A stretch of DNA of 64,000 nucleotides from Collinsella sp. GTDB lineage: Bacteria; Actinomycetota; Coriobacteriia; Coriobacteriales; Coriobacteriaceae. The number at the start of each line of letters is the position of its first letter. Position 1 is the first letter of the stretch. Below the pieces are notes generated by a model, which saw only the letters and a list, made by a program, of their open reading frames with translations, searched no databases and had not been told where the DNA came from. Position numbers and translations under genes: made by a program. This document shows positions 8,469 to 16,925 of the stretch, piece by piece. The stretch covers positions 5,526 through 69,525 of the forward strand of contig DXZZ01000002.1 in the NCBI GenBank assembly GCA_019419425.1. The letters are read 5' to 3'.

Positions 8469-10703
8469 CTAGAGCGTTCTTTTGAATTGTCGTGAGGCGG
8501 GGCAACAGGGATTGCTGACTGTGCCCTCCGTCGTCCAATCCTCTTTTATGGCCGCCTCCGCGGTCGCGATGCGATCGTCTCTGATGGATAGGCAATCCCA
8601 GTAGTCGGACAAACCGGGAACGGGGGTGTGTCTGATTGGTTTCATTCCTTTCTTTCTGGCCTTGTCAGCCTCCATCTCTAATGAGATGACGGTGGCAACT
8701 AAGTCGAATTTAGAAAGTGCCCATCCGTTGTCCGATTTGCGACAGCTACTAGTGTTCTGCTCTGCGAGCTTATCTAAGAGCTCTGGAAGGGTGCCTAATT
8801 GCGCTGACTGGGTCGTAATAGTAACGATTTCATTGCCATCCGCCAATGACCCGTTCCAAATCACGGGGCGAGGATGGCCACATGCTTCAGGTGTTTGAGT
8901 GCTGGGCTGGTTTTTGGGCTGATTGATCGCTTTGAGCCACTCTTCGTAGAGTGCTTTCGGCACGAGGGGAGAGCGTTGATAAAAAGGTCCAAGGGTGTGG
9001 TCGACGGCGGCGGCTAGTTCTTGAAAATAAAGCTGTCGTTTTTTGTTGATAGCCATAGGGTTATGCCCGTCTTTCCCGCTGACGGTATCTGCTTTGCGTC
9101 TTAAATTGACGGCAGTTGCATGGGGCGGCTTTTTACCAAGCTTGAGTTTTCTATTACTCGCGGGATTGCAGTACATGCCCATTTCGTTGTCGTATCTAGA
9201 ACAATACTTGCTATTGTTGCCAGTTGGGAAAAAGGGCTTGTTACATGTGCTGCATTTTGCCGGAAGTGCCCCAGATCGCAGGGCTTCGCATAGTAGATGC
9301 GCATAGAAAACCGGGAATGATTCCGGAAGAAAAGAATGAATCAATGAGTGGGAGCGGTCTATCAAGTGCTGGAAATGAAGGGCTTCTTGCATTGCGTCAC
9401 TGTCGTTGATGTCGATAACAAGGTACTTTCCGTCATTTACGATAAACCGCATGATGCCGATTGTGCTTTCGGCGTTCCTCGATAACTCCACCTTGTTGTA
9501 GAGCCTGTTCTGAATCAGGTTGAGTGCCAGAGAGTCGAGGCTATTGAGGTCCTGGACCATTGGGGCGGCGATTGCATGTTTCGTGCATTCTGAGGACGTT
9601 AGTTCCCCAAAACGGCGAATTTGATCAGCGACATCCAGGATGGATTCTCCGGTAGAAAGCAGCTTCGCGAATAATGAAACGTAGCTGCTGAGGTCATCCC
9701 GATAAGAAGGCTCGTTTATCTTCTTGGATAAGCTAAGACAATCAATGATGATGTCGCCAAGAACGGCTATTGCCAACTCATGGATATCGATGGCTAGTTG
9801 GGTATCAACTAATTGACCGTGGAAGTGCGTCTCATAAAACTCTCTTTTGGTTTCTGGCGTTTTAAGCGCCAACGGGTGGTGGGCAATTGAGCGCTCGCTT
9901 CCGCGAGCGAGCTCAGGCCTACTGTTTAGGCCAAAGAGCATTTCAATGTAATTGGCCAGATTAGGGGCAACGGAATCGGCGGCATCGTTGCTGCTTAGTA
10001 ACTCAAGTGCTGGCATAGCAACTTTCGCGATGTTCCTGCACTCTATTGCCCAAAGGGAGAAAACCTTCGAGGGCAAATAGGCATCGGGTATTTCATCAAG
10101 ATAAACTGAATCGATGCATAATGAGCAAGCATTGAAAAAGAGCTGGTAGATACCGTCCGAATAGCCGCCGCTTATTGCGGAATCAAGCGCTTGCTTGACT
10201 GCTTCTGTGAGCTCATGCGTTATATTTGCCTTTTCGATATGGCATTTGTCGAGGTCGCCGCCTGCGTCAATTATTCTCGAACAAAGCGGAGGAAAACACG
10301 TGGAAGCATTTTTATAATCTGAGCCTTCGAGATATTGAGCTTCTTGAATGCGCTGCATTCGCTGTGGCGAATTAAAGATGCGGTGTGGAACGGGCGCTGA
10401 ATGGGCGTTACGATATTCGGCATACCAAGAGGACATTTCGTTAAAGAACTTCTCAAGATCAATTCTTAGGAATTCGTTTAACAGCTCTTTTGCAGACCAA
10501 TGCTGTTCGAATTCCGCTCCTTCACATTCTTGATCCTTATCGGGTTTTGCGTTTGTCAGTTGTTTGCAACAGAGATGCAAAGAGGTATCTCTGTCAAACC
10601 GAATGAAGCTAGCCCTAACACGCCAGGTCAGAGCTATTAAATTGGCACCTTGCATATTTCTTAAACCAGCACAACTTTCAAAATCAAATATACTTTGTGC
10701 CAT
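8469..10703 (-). CDS. large hypothetical protein with CxxC...YC...C cluster (DUF6076/CGNR-like zinc finger); module copy 1 gene A
   Basis: 744-aa ORF, CSTCNKPFFPTGNNSKYCSRY..YCNP; paralog of 12095..14254; exact start uncertain. Confidence 0.8.
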   Translation of the reverse strand: MAQSIFDFESCAGLRNMQGANLIALTWRVRASFIRFDRDTSLHLCCKQLTNAKPDKDQECEGAEFEQHWSAKELLNEFLRIDLEKFFNEMSSWYAEYRNAHSAPVPHRIFNSPQRMQRIQEAQYLEGSDYKNASTCFPPLCSRIIDAGGDLDKCHIEKANITHELTEAVKQALDSAISGGYSDGIYQLFFNACSLCIDSVYLDEIPDAYLPSKVFSLWAIECRNIAKVAMPALELLSSNDAADSVAPNLANYIEMLFGLNSRPELARGSERSIAHHPLALKTPETKREFYETHFHGQLVDTQLAIDIHELAIAVLGDIIIDCLSLSKKINEPSYRDDLSSYVSLFAKLLSTGESILDVADQIRRFGELTSSECTKHAIAAPMVQDLNSLDSLALNLIQNRLYNKVELSRNAESTIGIMRFIVNDGKYLVIDINDSDAMQEALHFQHLIDRSHSLIHSFLPESFPVFYAHLLCEALRSGALPAKCSTCNKPFFPTGNNSKYCSRYDNEMGMYCNPASNRKLKLGKKPPHATAVNLRRKADTVSGKDGHNPMAINKKRQLYFQELAAAVDHTLGPFYQRSPLVPKALYEEWLKAINQPKNQPSTQTPEACGHPRPVIWNGSLADGNEIVTITTQSAQLGTLPELLDKLAEQNTSSCRKSDNGWALSKFDLVATVISLEMEADKARKKGMKPIRHTPVPGLSDYWDCLSIRDDRIATAEAAIKEDWTTEGTVSNPCCPASRQFKRTL

Positions 10704-10765
10704 TGTGCCACTTTGTCGTGTTCAATAGGAGTCGAGCAAGAAAGAAGTCCAAGGGAGGACGGAAA

Positions 10766-11107
10766 ATGTTCGACGGCACCCTGTTTGAACTGGTTAATTC
10801 CACCAAGCGCGATGAGCTTGAAGATATCGTTTGCGAAGCTATGACCATCTGTGATGAGCTGAAGGTGGGCCTTTCTGAGGAGCGCGGGCTCGGCTTCTTT
10901 GAAGACTGTGCCCGTCAAAGCGCCTATGAGCTCATGCTCGACAATTGTCGTGACGAGCTTGCTCGTCTGGGCTTTGAGCTCGAGTGGGGCGTTGAGGACT
11001 ATCCGGTGGTCTCGCCGGTCCGTTCGGTTTCGCTTGCGCGGATCTCAGCGCATGACGCCGTTGGCGTCGAGTATTCGAGTCGTAATGACCTCGATATAGC
11101 TTGTTAG
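10766..11107 (+). CDS. small acidic protein ending in DIAC; module copy 1 gene B
   Basis: RBS AAGGGAGG; shares DELxxLGFExxW and C-terminal DIAC with 14364..14690. Confidence 0.8.
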   Translation: MFDGTLFELVNSTKRDELEDIVCEAMTICDELKVGLSEERGLGFFEDCARQSAYELMLDNCRDELARLGFELEWGVEDYPVVSPVRSVSLARISAHDAVGVEYSSRNDLDIAC

Positions 11108-11235
11108 TCTTTCTTTCTTCGTAGGCGGTCAAGCCGACCTGCTGTTTTATCGGGACTTCTAAGCAGTCCCGTTCTTTACGCCAATCACCCCAAAACTCAA
11201 TCACCAACCAATCGGGTCTCTCTGAAAGGAAGATC

Positions 11236-12048
11236 ATGAATACTTCTATTCAAAATGTGTCCGTCTCTCACAAGCCGAGCATCACCAAGATTGCCGAAGG
11301 CGCGTTGCTAATCGCTGTCGCGGCGTTAGCTGTGAACGGCATCATTTCCTTTACTGCACCGTCGTACATCTGGAAAGGTGAGATTCCTATGTTCACGCCT
11401 GACCTGTTCGATCATCCCTACGAGGCTCCAACGGTGGAGGATATTGTGTCGGGAATGGAGACGCTTGACCGGGTGTCGATGACCGCGGCCGTGCTCGTTG
11501 CTCTGTATCCTGTATACCATGCCATTTGGTGCCTCTGCGCAGGTGTTGGGTGCAATTGCAAGGCACCTGTGTTTTGCGGACGGATGTCGCGCCGCTTTGG
11601 CTCGTTGAGCGCCTGTTCGCTTTTGGCCGTGCTTGCCGTATGTCGTGGGTTTGAGTGCTATATCGACGGCGGGGCCACGGGGGACAAACTCCTCATGATC
11701 GTGGGCCTTTTCCTCATGGTGACATCGATTGCGCTTGTTTCCGGATGCGTCCTGGCATGCATTGTCAAATGGTATGAGCTCAAAGGTCCTGGGCGCTATC
11801 GTGGCGACGAGGCTCTTGTCGCATGGTTCGGCCGTGCAGATGTCTTACTGAATCGCGCAAGCTCAAACATGGTGTTGCTGTATGGTGCCGAGATGCTTGC
11901 CTGCGCGGCATCGTTGATTTTTGGATATGGCATCGCTAGCACTATTGCATCCATCATTACGATTGCATTAACCGCCTGGGGCATTGTGCTCGCCATCATC
12001 TTTATCCCTCTTTGTATCGGCTGCGTTTCAGCTAGCTCGAAAGACTAG
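11236..12048 (+). CDS. multi-pass membrane protein; module copy 1 gene C
   Basis: RBS GAAAGGAAG; about 6 hydrophobic segments; shares MNTSIQ, WKGE, APVF, KGPGR, ADVLLxRASSN, AExLAC with 14804..15628. Confidence 0.82.
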   Translation: MNTSIQNVSVSHKPSITKIAEGALLIAVAALAVNGIISFTAPSYIWKGEIPMFTPDLFDHPYEAPTVEDIVSGMETLDRVSMTAAVLVALYPVYHAIWCLCAGVGCNCKAPVFCGRMSRRFGSLSACSLLAVLAVCRGFECYIDGGATGDKLLMIVGLFLMVTSIALVSGCVLACIVKWYELKGPGRYRGDEALVAWFGRADVLLNRASSNMVLLYGAEMLACAASLIFGYGIASTIASIITIALTAWGIVLAIIFIPLCIGCVSASSKD

Positions 12049-12094
12049 AAGGGTGAATCTGTTCGCGGACACGTAGAAAGCCGCGGCATCAAGC

Positions 12095-14254
12095 TCAGTC
12101 TTGCTTTTCCGGGTCATATCCCTTTGTATACACGGTAAAGCTGAGGTCATCGATCATGCCGGTACTGCAGACACATGCGTCGGGCGTGTTCCAAGTGTCC
12201 TGAACCGTCAGGTCGGTTGAGACGCGCTCGGGCTCATCAATTCCAAGCAATGGAATGGGTTTTGTCATCTGATCGGCGTTATTTATCTGCGCAATGATCT
12301 CCAGCAACTTGTACAACTTGATATGCCAGGAGCTGTATGGGTGCTCGCCGGGCCCCTTGAAATCCAACGTGCATTTTGATTGTGGGCTTTCGGCAAGTTG
12401 GCCCAAACGTTCAAAAAGCGCTGGGTACTCGGCTCCGGAAAACTCGACTCGAACATAACGATTGCCATCGCGGACGACTCCGTACCACATTACAGAGTAT
12501 GGAAAGCCGATTCTATCCGGTCGTTTGATTTCTGTCCTGCAATTGGGCTGGTTGACGATAGACAGCCATGTTGAATAGAGCTCGTCGGAAATAAGGTCAC
12601 TCGCTTGGTATGTTGGACCAATGCCATTGAGGACAAAGTTGCCAAGACGCTCAAAATAGTGGGCACAATCCGCTAGGCCATTTTTATACGCCGTATCGGC
12701 TTTTCTCTGCATATTGAGCGCGACATCGCGGGGCGATTTGCGACCAAGATGTTTTTTGGCGTTATATCGCGGGTTGCAGTAGAGCTTGGTCTCCTCGCTA
12801 TATCGGTCGCAGTACTTGCTGTTGGGACCAGTTGGAAAAAAGAGCGAACCGCAGGTTTGGCATGCTATCGGCATAATGCCGCACAGCAGCAGCTCGTGAA
12901 GGATGCGGGCATAAAGGCTTGCAAAGGACCATTCCTCTTCGGTGAAGTAGAGCTCTCCTGCCTTTGAAATAACGGCTTGAAGCCCAACGAGCCTATTGAG
13001 GTTTTCCTGGTCGTTAAGCTCTGCATGCGTATGGAAGTCTCCATTTGCGAAGATCTGGTTCTCGCGCATAGCTTCGAGATAGTTTTTACGAAACGCCTGC
13101 ATAAAGGGGGCGCTATTCATGCGCTTTATTCCATTCAAATGCTCTTCGAGCTTTTGAGCCGTTTCGTTTCCGGGCAAGTGTTTTTTGGCTGCGTATACAA
13201 AAGCTTCGCCAAAGCGGATGATTGCTGGCAGCTGCTCATCGAATAATCGGAATTGTCGCGGGTCGCTTGTTTTGATGGCGGCTGGGAAAAACTCTTCGTT
13301 TTGCGCGAGCAGGCTAGGTGCCTCGGTGTTTTTAAGCAGCGGGGTAAGCTCCAGACATTCCTGATAAAAAACAATGAGAAGCGCTCGAAAGAGATCGATA
13401 TTGGTGCAGACGCAAGCTGTTTCTATCTGAGATTTCGCCTTGGGAAAGTTGCGTATAGGATTGTCGCGGTCATACGGCACTGGTGCTGTTAGATCAGTCT
13501 CGCCGTTGGTAGCGTTAATGCTCATGTCGTTCGACTCGAGCTGGAGATAGGAGCTGAAGAGGGACGCCATTTCTTGCTTGTTGAGTTGGTCCGATGTTGT
13601 AATCACCGCGCGGTACAGGCGGTTGATCTCGTCGCACTCAATAGCGTTGTTGTACATCCAGCAGCTGTAATAGCGATAGTCGGGAATCGCCGTGATGTTC
13701 ATGACACACTGTCTACAGACATTTTCAAGGAGATATCTGGCCATGCCGGAAATCTCTCCGTGTGCATGGCTTGTAATGGCTTCGTCGAATATCGGAGCAA
13801 AGAAATCGAGGTCGCGTTCCTTTTGTTTTTGAAGGTTGATAGCGATTTCAGCTTCGTTCAATTCTGCTTGGGTGGGCTCTTGGTCGGGATCGTCTGGATC
13901 GAGCCAGTCGTCATGGTCTGGCTCGGATGCGGAGTCTATCGAGGTGTGTTGCACATGGTGAGGAGCGGCAGGGGGCTGTCGAATGGCGTTCTGCAAATCG
14001 ATATAAAAGCGAAGTTCTGCTCGCTCACGAAAGTGGTTCCCAATCTCGTTGAAAAGCGAGCTTAAGTCGACGCGTAATAGATCGTTGGCTATGGAGACGA
14101 GACTCCATGCGCTTGCATTGCCGGATGTGCTTCCGTCACCGGCGCAATCAATCTCTGGCGTCCTGTTAAGAAGAAGCATACGGGGATTGACGGGGGAGCG
14201 AAGAAAGCCAGCCTCAAAACCCCAGCTAAATGGTTCTTTTTCGGACTCAAGCAT
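12095..14254 (-). CDS. large hypothetical protein with CxxC...YC...C cluster; module copy 2 gene A
   Basis: 719-aa ORF, CQTCGSLFFPTGPNSKYCDRY..YCNP; shares WSxxxxxNxxLRxDL, LGxKxP and LYxxWL with 8469..10703. Confidence 0.82.
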   Translation of the reverse strand: MLESEKEPFSWGFEAGFLRSPVNPRMLLLNRTPEIDCAGDGSTSGNASAWSLVSIANDLLRVDLSSLFNEIGNHFRERAELRFYIDLQNAIRQPPAAPHHVQHTSIDSASEPDHDDWLDPDDPDQEPTQAELNEAEIAINLQKQKERDLDFFAPIFDEAITSHAHGEISGMARYLLENVCRQCVMNITAIPDYRYYSCWMYNNAIECDEINRLYRAVITTSDQLNKQEMASLFSSYLQLESNDMSINATNGETDLTAPVPYDRDNPIRNFPKAKSQIETACVCTNIDLFRALLIVFYQECLELTPLLKNTEAPSLLAQNEEFFPAAIKTSDPRQFRLFDEQLPAIIRFGEAFVYAAKKHLPGNETAQKLEEHLNGIKRMNSAPFMQAFRKNYLEAMRENQIFANGDFHTHAELNDQENLNRLVGLQAVISKAGELYFTEEEWSFASLYARILHELLLCGIMPIACQTCGSLFFPTGPNSKYCDRYSEETKLYCNPRYNAKKHLGRKSPRDVALNMQRKADTAYKNGLADCAHYFERLGNFVLNGIGPTYQASDLISDELYSTWLSIVNQPNCRTEIKRPDRIGFPYSVMWYGVVRDGNRYVRVEFSGAEYPALFERLGQLAESPQSKCTLDFKGPGEHPYSSWHIKLYKLLEIIAQINNADQMTKPIPLLGIDEPERVSTDLTVQDTWNTPDACVCSTGMIDDLSFTVYTKGYDPEKQD

Positions 14255-14295
14255 CGATGCTCCAAACAGCCAAAATTTAAAACGCGATAAAAGTC

Positions 14296-14324
14296 ATATT
14301 ACGCGGCTGTTCGCGGCTGTTCAA
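14296..14324 (-). promoter_or_regulatory. sigma-70-type promoter for 12095..14254
   Basis: Minus strand reads TTGAAC-N17-TAATAT; the spacer contains a tandem AACAGCCGCG duplication. Confidence 0.55.
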
Positions 14325-14363
14325 TGGAGTCAAGCGAAAAGGCTTAAAACCAGGGAGGCCGTT

Positions 14364-14690
14364 ATGCCCGATTGCATCAAGCTCAACGAAGGAAACATCG
14401 ATGTGTGCGAGCGCGAGGTTATCGCTCTTCGCGAGATTATCGCCGCCGCCATGGGTCGCTTGCATCAGATGCGCAAGCAGTGCGAGCGAGGCTACGCGTC
14501 TTCGGAGGATTTCGAGAATGCGTTGGATGTTTACGGAGTGATCCGTGGGCGAGTCGATGAGCTTGACCAGCTTGGTTTCGAGTTTAGATGGTCGTCAGTC
14601 CCCGATGCAGGGATCGATGAGTGCGTCGGGCTCGAATGGATTGAGGATGACAACTCTCCACGTGGACGCGGTTTCGATATCGCTTGTTAA
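14364..14690 (+). CDS. small acidic protein ending in DIAC; module copy 2 gene B
   Basis: RBS AGGGAGG; DELDQLGFEFRW ... GFDIAC. Confidence 0.8.
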   Translation: MPDCIKLNEGNIDVCEREVIALREIIAAAMGRLHQMRKQCERGYASSEDFENALDVYGVIRGRVDELDQLGFEFRWSSVPDAGIDECVGLEWIEDDNSPRGRGFDIAC

Positions 14691-14698
14691 TGTGTCCG
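14667..14698 (+). repeat. 32-bp direct repeat, copy 1 (3' end of gene B)
   Basis: CGCGGTTTCGATATCGCTTGTTAATGTGTCCG, identical at 15748..15779. Confidence 0.95.
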
Positions 14699-14803
14699 CA
14701 CGACTTGGTATCAATGTGGGCGAACAATCTCTAATCGGAGCCGACTAGAGGCTGCATCCTAGTTGCCGGCGTTTCCGGTTTGATCTCTGTTGAAAGGAAA
14801 ATC

Positions 14804-15628
14804 GTGAACACTTCTATCCAAATTCCATCCAGCGCCGTTGAGACCGCGCCCCGCACCGCCAAGGGCGAGGTCGTCAAGCTCGTGCAGGGCGCGCCGCTTA
14901 TTGCCGCCGCCGCGATTGCCGTTGTCGGCATCGCCTCCGTCGCCGCCCCGTTTTGCGTTTGGAAGGGCGAGGTCGCGCTGTTCCTGAACGAGTCGTTCCA
15001 CACCAACTGCTCAGTTTCTACGATCGCGGAGTACGCGTCGGCGGCGCCCGGGTCCGATTGGGCGTCGCTGCTCGTGGCTGCGCTCATCGCGGCGTACCCC
15101 GCCTACCATGCCGCCTGGCGCGTTCGCGAGGGACTTGGACTCATCTGCGAGGCTCCGGTTTTCAGCAAGCGCGTGTCGCGCCTTCTCGCCGCGGTGAGCG
15201 CCTGCCTGCTGCTGGCGATGCCGTTCATGGGCTATGGGACGAGTTGGCTCATCAACGGCAGCGCGATGGGTGACCAGGGCCTTGTTGAGTCGGGGCACAA
15301 TGCATGGGCCGTTTCCATCATGATCATGCTGGGCTGCGCCCTGATGTGCCTGTTCAAGTGGTTCCTTGCCAAGGGCCCTGGCCGTAATTTCGGCAGCGGC
15401 TTTGCCGTCGAGCTTGTCCGCCTCGCCGACGTCCTGCTGAAGCGCGCGAGCTCGAACCTGGTGTTGTGCTACGTGGCCGAGCTGCTTGCCTGCCTGCTGG
15501 CGCTGGCCTTCATTGCCGTGGCCTATGTCGTCGTGAGCGTGGCCATCGCGCTTGCGTTCGCAGCCGTAGCCTTGGTGGTGTGCCTTGCCGGGATTCCCAT
15601 TATCCTTGCTGCCTCGTGGCGTAGGTAG
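14804..15628 (+). CDS. multi-pass membrane protein; module copy 2 gene C
   Basis: GTG start after GAAAGGAAA; paralog of 11236..12048. Confidence 0.82.
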   Translation: MNTSIQIPSSAVETAPRTAKGEVVKLVQGAPLIAAAAIAVVGIASVAAPFCVWKGEVALFLNESFHTNCSVSTIAEYASAAPGSDWASLLVAALIAAYPAYHAAWRVREGLGLICEAPVFSKRVSRLLAAVSACLLLAMPFMGYGTSWLINGSAMGDQGLVESGHNAWAVSIMIMLGCALMCLFKWFLAKGPGRNFGSGFAVELVRLADVLLKRASSNLVLCYVAELLACLLALAFIAVAYVVVSVAIALAFAAVALVVCLAGIPIILAASWRR

Positions 15629-15659
15629 CGGGGCGACCATGTGAGTTCTTATCGCGGCG

Positions 15660-15716
15660 TGAGAAAAACTTGCAGAAATCGCAAGCTCTTGTCACGCGAT
15701 GAGAAAAACTTGCAGA
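15660..15716 (+). repeat. tandem repeat with 40-bp period (17-bp identical core)
   Basis: TGAGAAAAACTTGCAGA at 15660 and 15700. Confidence 0.85.
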
Positions 15717-15717
15717 T

Positions 15718-15779
15718 TGGCGCGAGGGCGACAACTTTCCGCGCGAGCGCGGTTTCGATATCGCTTGTTAATGTGTCCG
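15718..15779 (+). pseudogene. 3' remnant of a third gene-B copy, including direct repeat copy 2
   Basis: Translates as WREGDNFPRERGFDIAC* versus WIEDDNSPRGRGFDIAC* in copy 2; in-frame stop at 15700 and no start. Confidence 0.75.
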
Positions 15780-15825
15780 TACGGCAGCATAAGCTAACAA
15801 ACCAATATGAGTGATTGGAGACAAA

Positions 15826-16446
15826 ATGTATCCGGACTATGAGTGCAACAACAATCCCATGAGCATTACGGATGAGGACGGTCCGTTTCTGGTCATGGAG
15901 GCGGAGCTGTTTTACAACGATGAGCTGAACGATGAGTTCAAGAAGAGCAGGGCGCGCCATTACTATTCTTGCGCAAGTGCTGCTACGGCACTTTTTTACT
16001 GCAAATCGCTTGCAGACAAGGACGACAATCCCTGGTATGTAAGCTGGGAAAAGGCGGTCGAGCAGTATCCGCTGGAGAAGTGCGAGAGCGCAACGATGCT
16101 CTATTGGGTTGAGCCGACCGATCCTTTAACGGCCCTCGATGCCCGCTACCCCCAATACGACCTTGAGCCATATGTAAGTAAGGCCATCCGCGTCGCCAGC
16201 TCATATTTGCTGGAGCTCCACGATAGTGCGTATTCGATTGATCAGTTGGATGTTGAGGATGTTGACAACCTGCTCACTGCTGCCTGGTTTTTGATCCAGA
16301 AACTCCAGGAGGGCGGGTGCATGCATGATCCAGAAGCCCTGGATAAGATTGAAGACGCTACGTATGACGCCTATTCAGCGGTCAGGAAATTGATTGAGGA
16401 CGAAGAAGCGGCCAGGGCCAGTTCGAAGTCTGATGAGAATCTCTAG
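15826..16446 (+). CDS. acidic hypothetical protein
   Basis: ORF with RBS GGAG before ATG 15826. Confidence 0.72.
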   Translation: MYPDYECNNNPMSITDEDGPFLVMEAELFYNDELNDEFKKSRARHYYSCASAATALFYCKSLADKDDNPWYVSWEKAVEQYPLEKCESATMLYWVEPTDPLTALDARYPQYDLEPYVSKAIRVASSYLLELHDSAYSIDQLDVEDVDNLLTAAWFLIQKLQEGGCMHDPEALDKIEDATYDAYSAVRKLIEDEEAARASSKSDENL

Positions 16447-16471
16447 CCGCTGCATTGAACGGCGCGCCTGA

Positions 16472-16508
16472 TCGGTAGGCTGTCGGAAAAGACCGGACAG
16501 CCTACCGA
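16472..16508. terminator. hairpin between convergent genes
   Basis: 13-bp stem TCGGTAGGCTGTC / GACAGCCTACCGA. Confidence 0.65.
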
Positions 16509-16517
16509 CCCTAGTTG

Positions 16518-16770
16518 CTACATTGTTTCCTTACTCGCGGCGTAATGTTCCGCCTGCTTAAGGGCGTCCTCGTAGGCGCGCTGTTTTGCTTCGTACTCTT
16601 GGGCATAGCGCTCCTGTTCCGCTTGCCCGGGAACAGGCACGGTCATGCTTCGGGGGTCTTTGGGAGATAACTGTGCAAGCGAGTCTCCGTGCGAGGTGTC
16701 CCTGATGCGTGTCGCCCTTGTAGTGATTGACGCTGAAGAACGCGAGGTATTGGAGTGCGATCTTAAGAAG
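16518..16770 (-). pseudogene. remnant of a type I R-M specificity (HsdS-like) C-terminal region
   Basis: IALQYLAFF in one frame, then TSHGDSLAQLSPKDPRSMTVPVPGQAEQERYAQEY in another; matches the HsdS pattern YL..F...G....L....L.(I/V)P(L/V)P..EQ; no start. Confidence 0.5.
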
Positions 16771-16925
16771 TTGCTCGCTTCGTGCGAGTAATCGCCGACT
16801 GTCTCTCTTTCCTTTCTTTCTTTTTTCAGGCGGCATGGACGCCGCCACCTCAACCGCCCTGCGTGAGTTTTTGTCCGCACGGGATGGTATTCAACACATG
16901 CAACAACTAAATCGGAGGTTTGACC

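Noticed and set aside
14254..14297. Possible frameshifted true start of gene A2 at ATG 14297 (MTLSRFKF if the T4 run were T3)
   Set aside because: That ATG lies within a well-spaced -10 box (TTGAAC-N17-TAATAT), and ATG 14254 has its own GGAG RBS
14667..15779. 32-bp repeats as a CRISPR array
   Set aside because: Only two exact copies about 1.08 kb apart, no spacer-sized intervals and no cas genes
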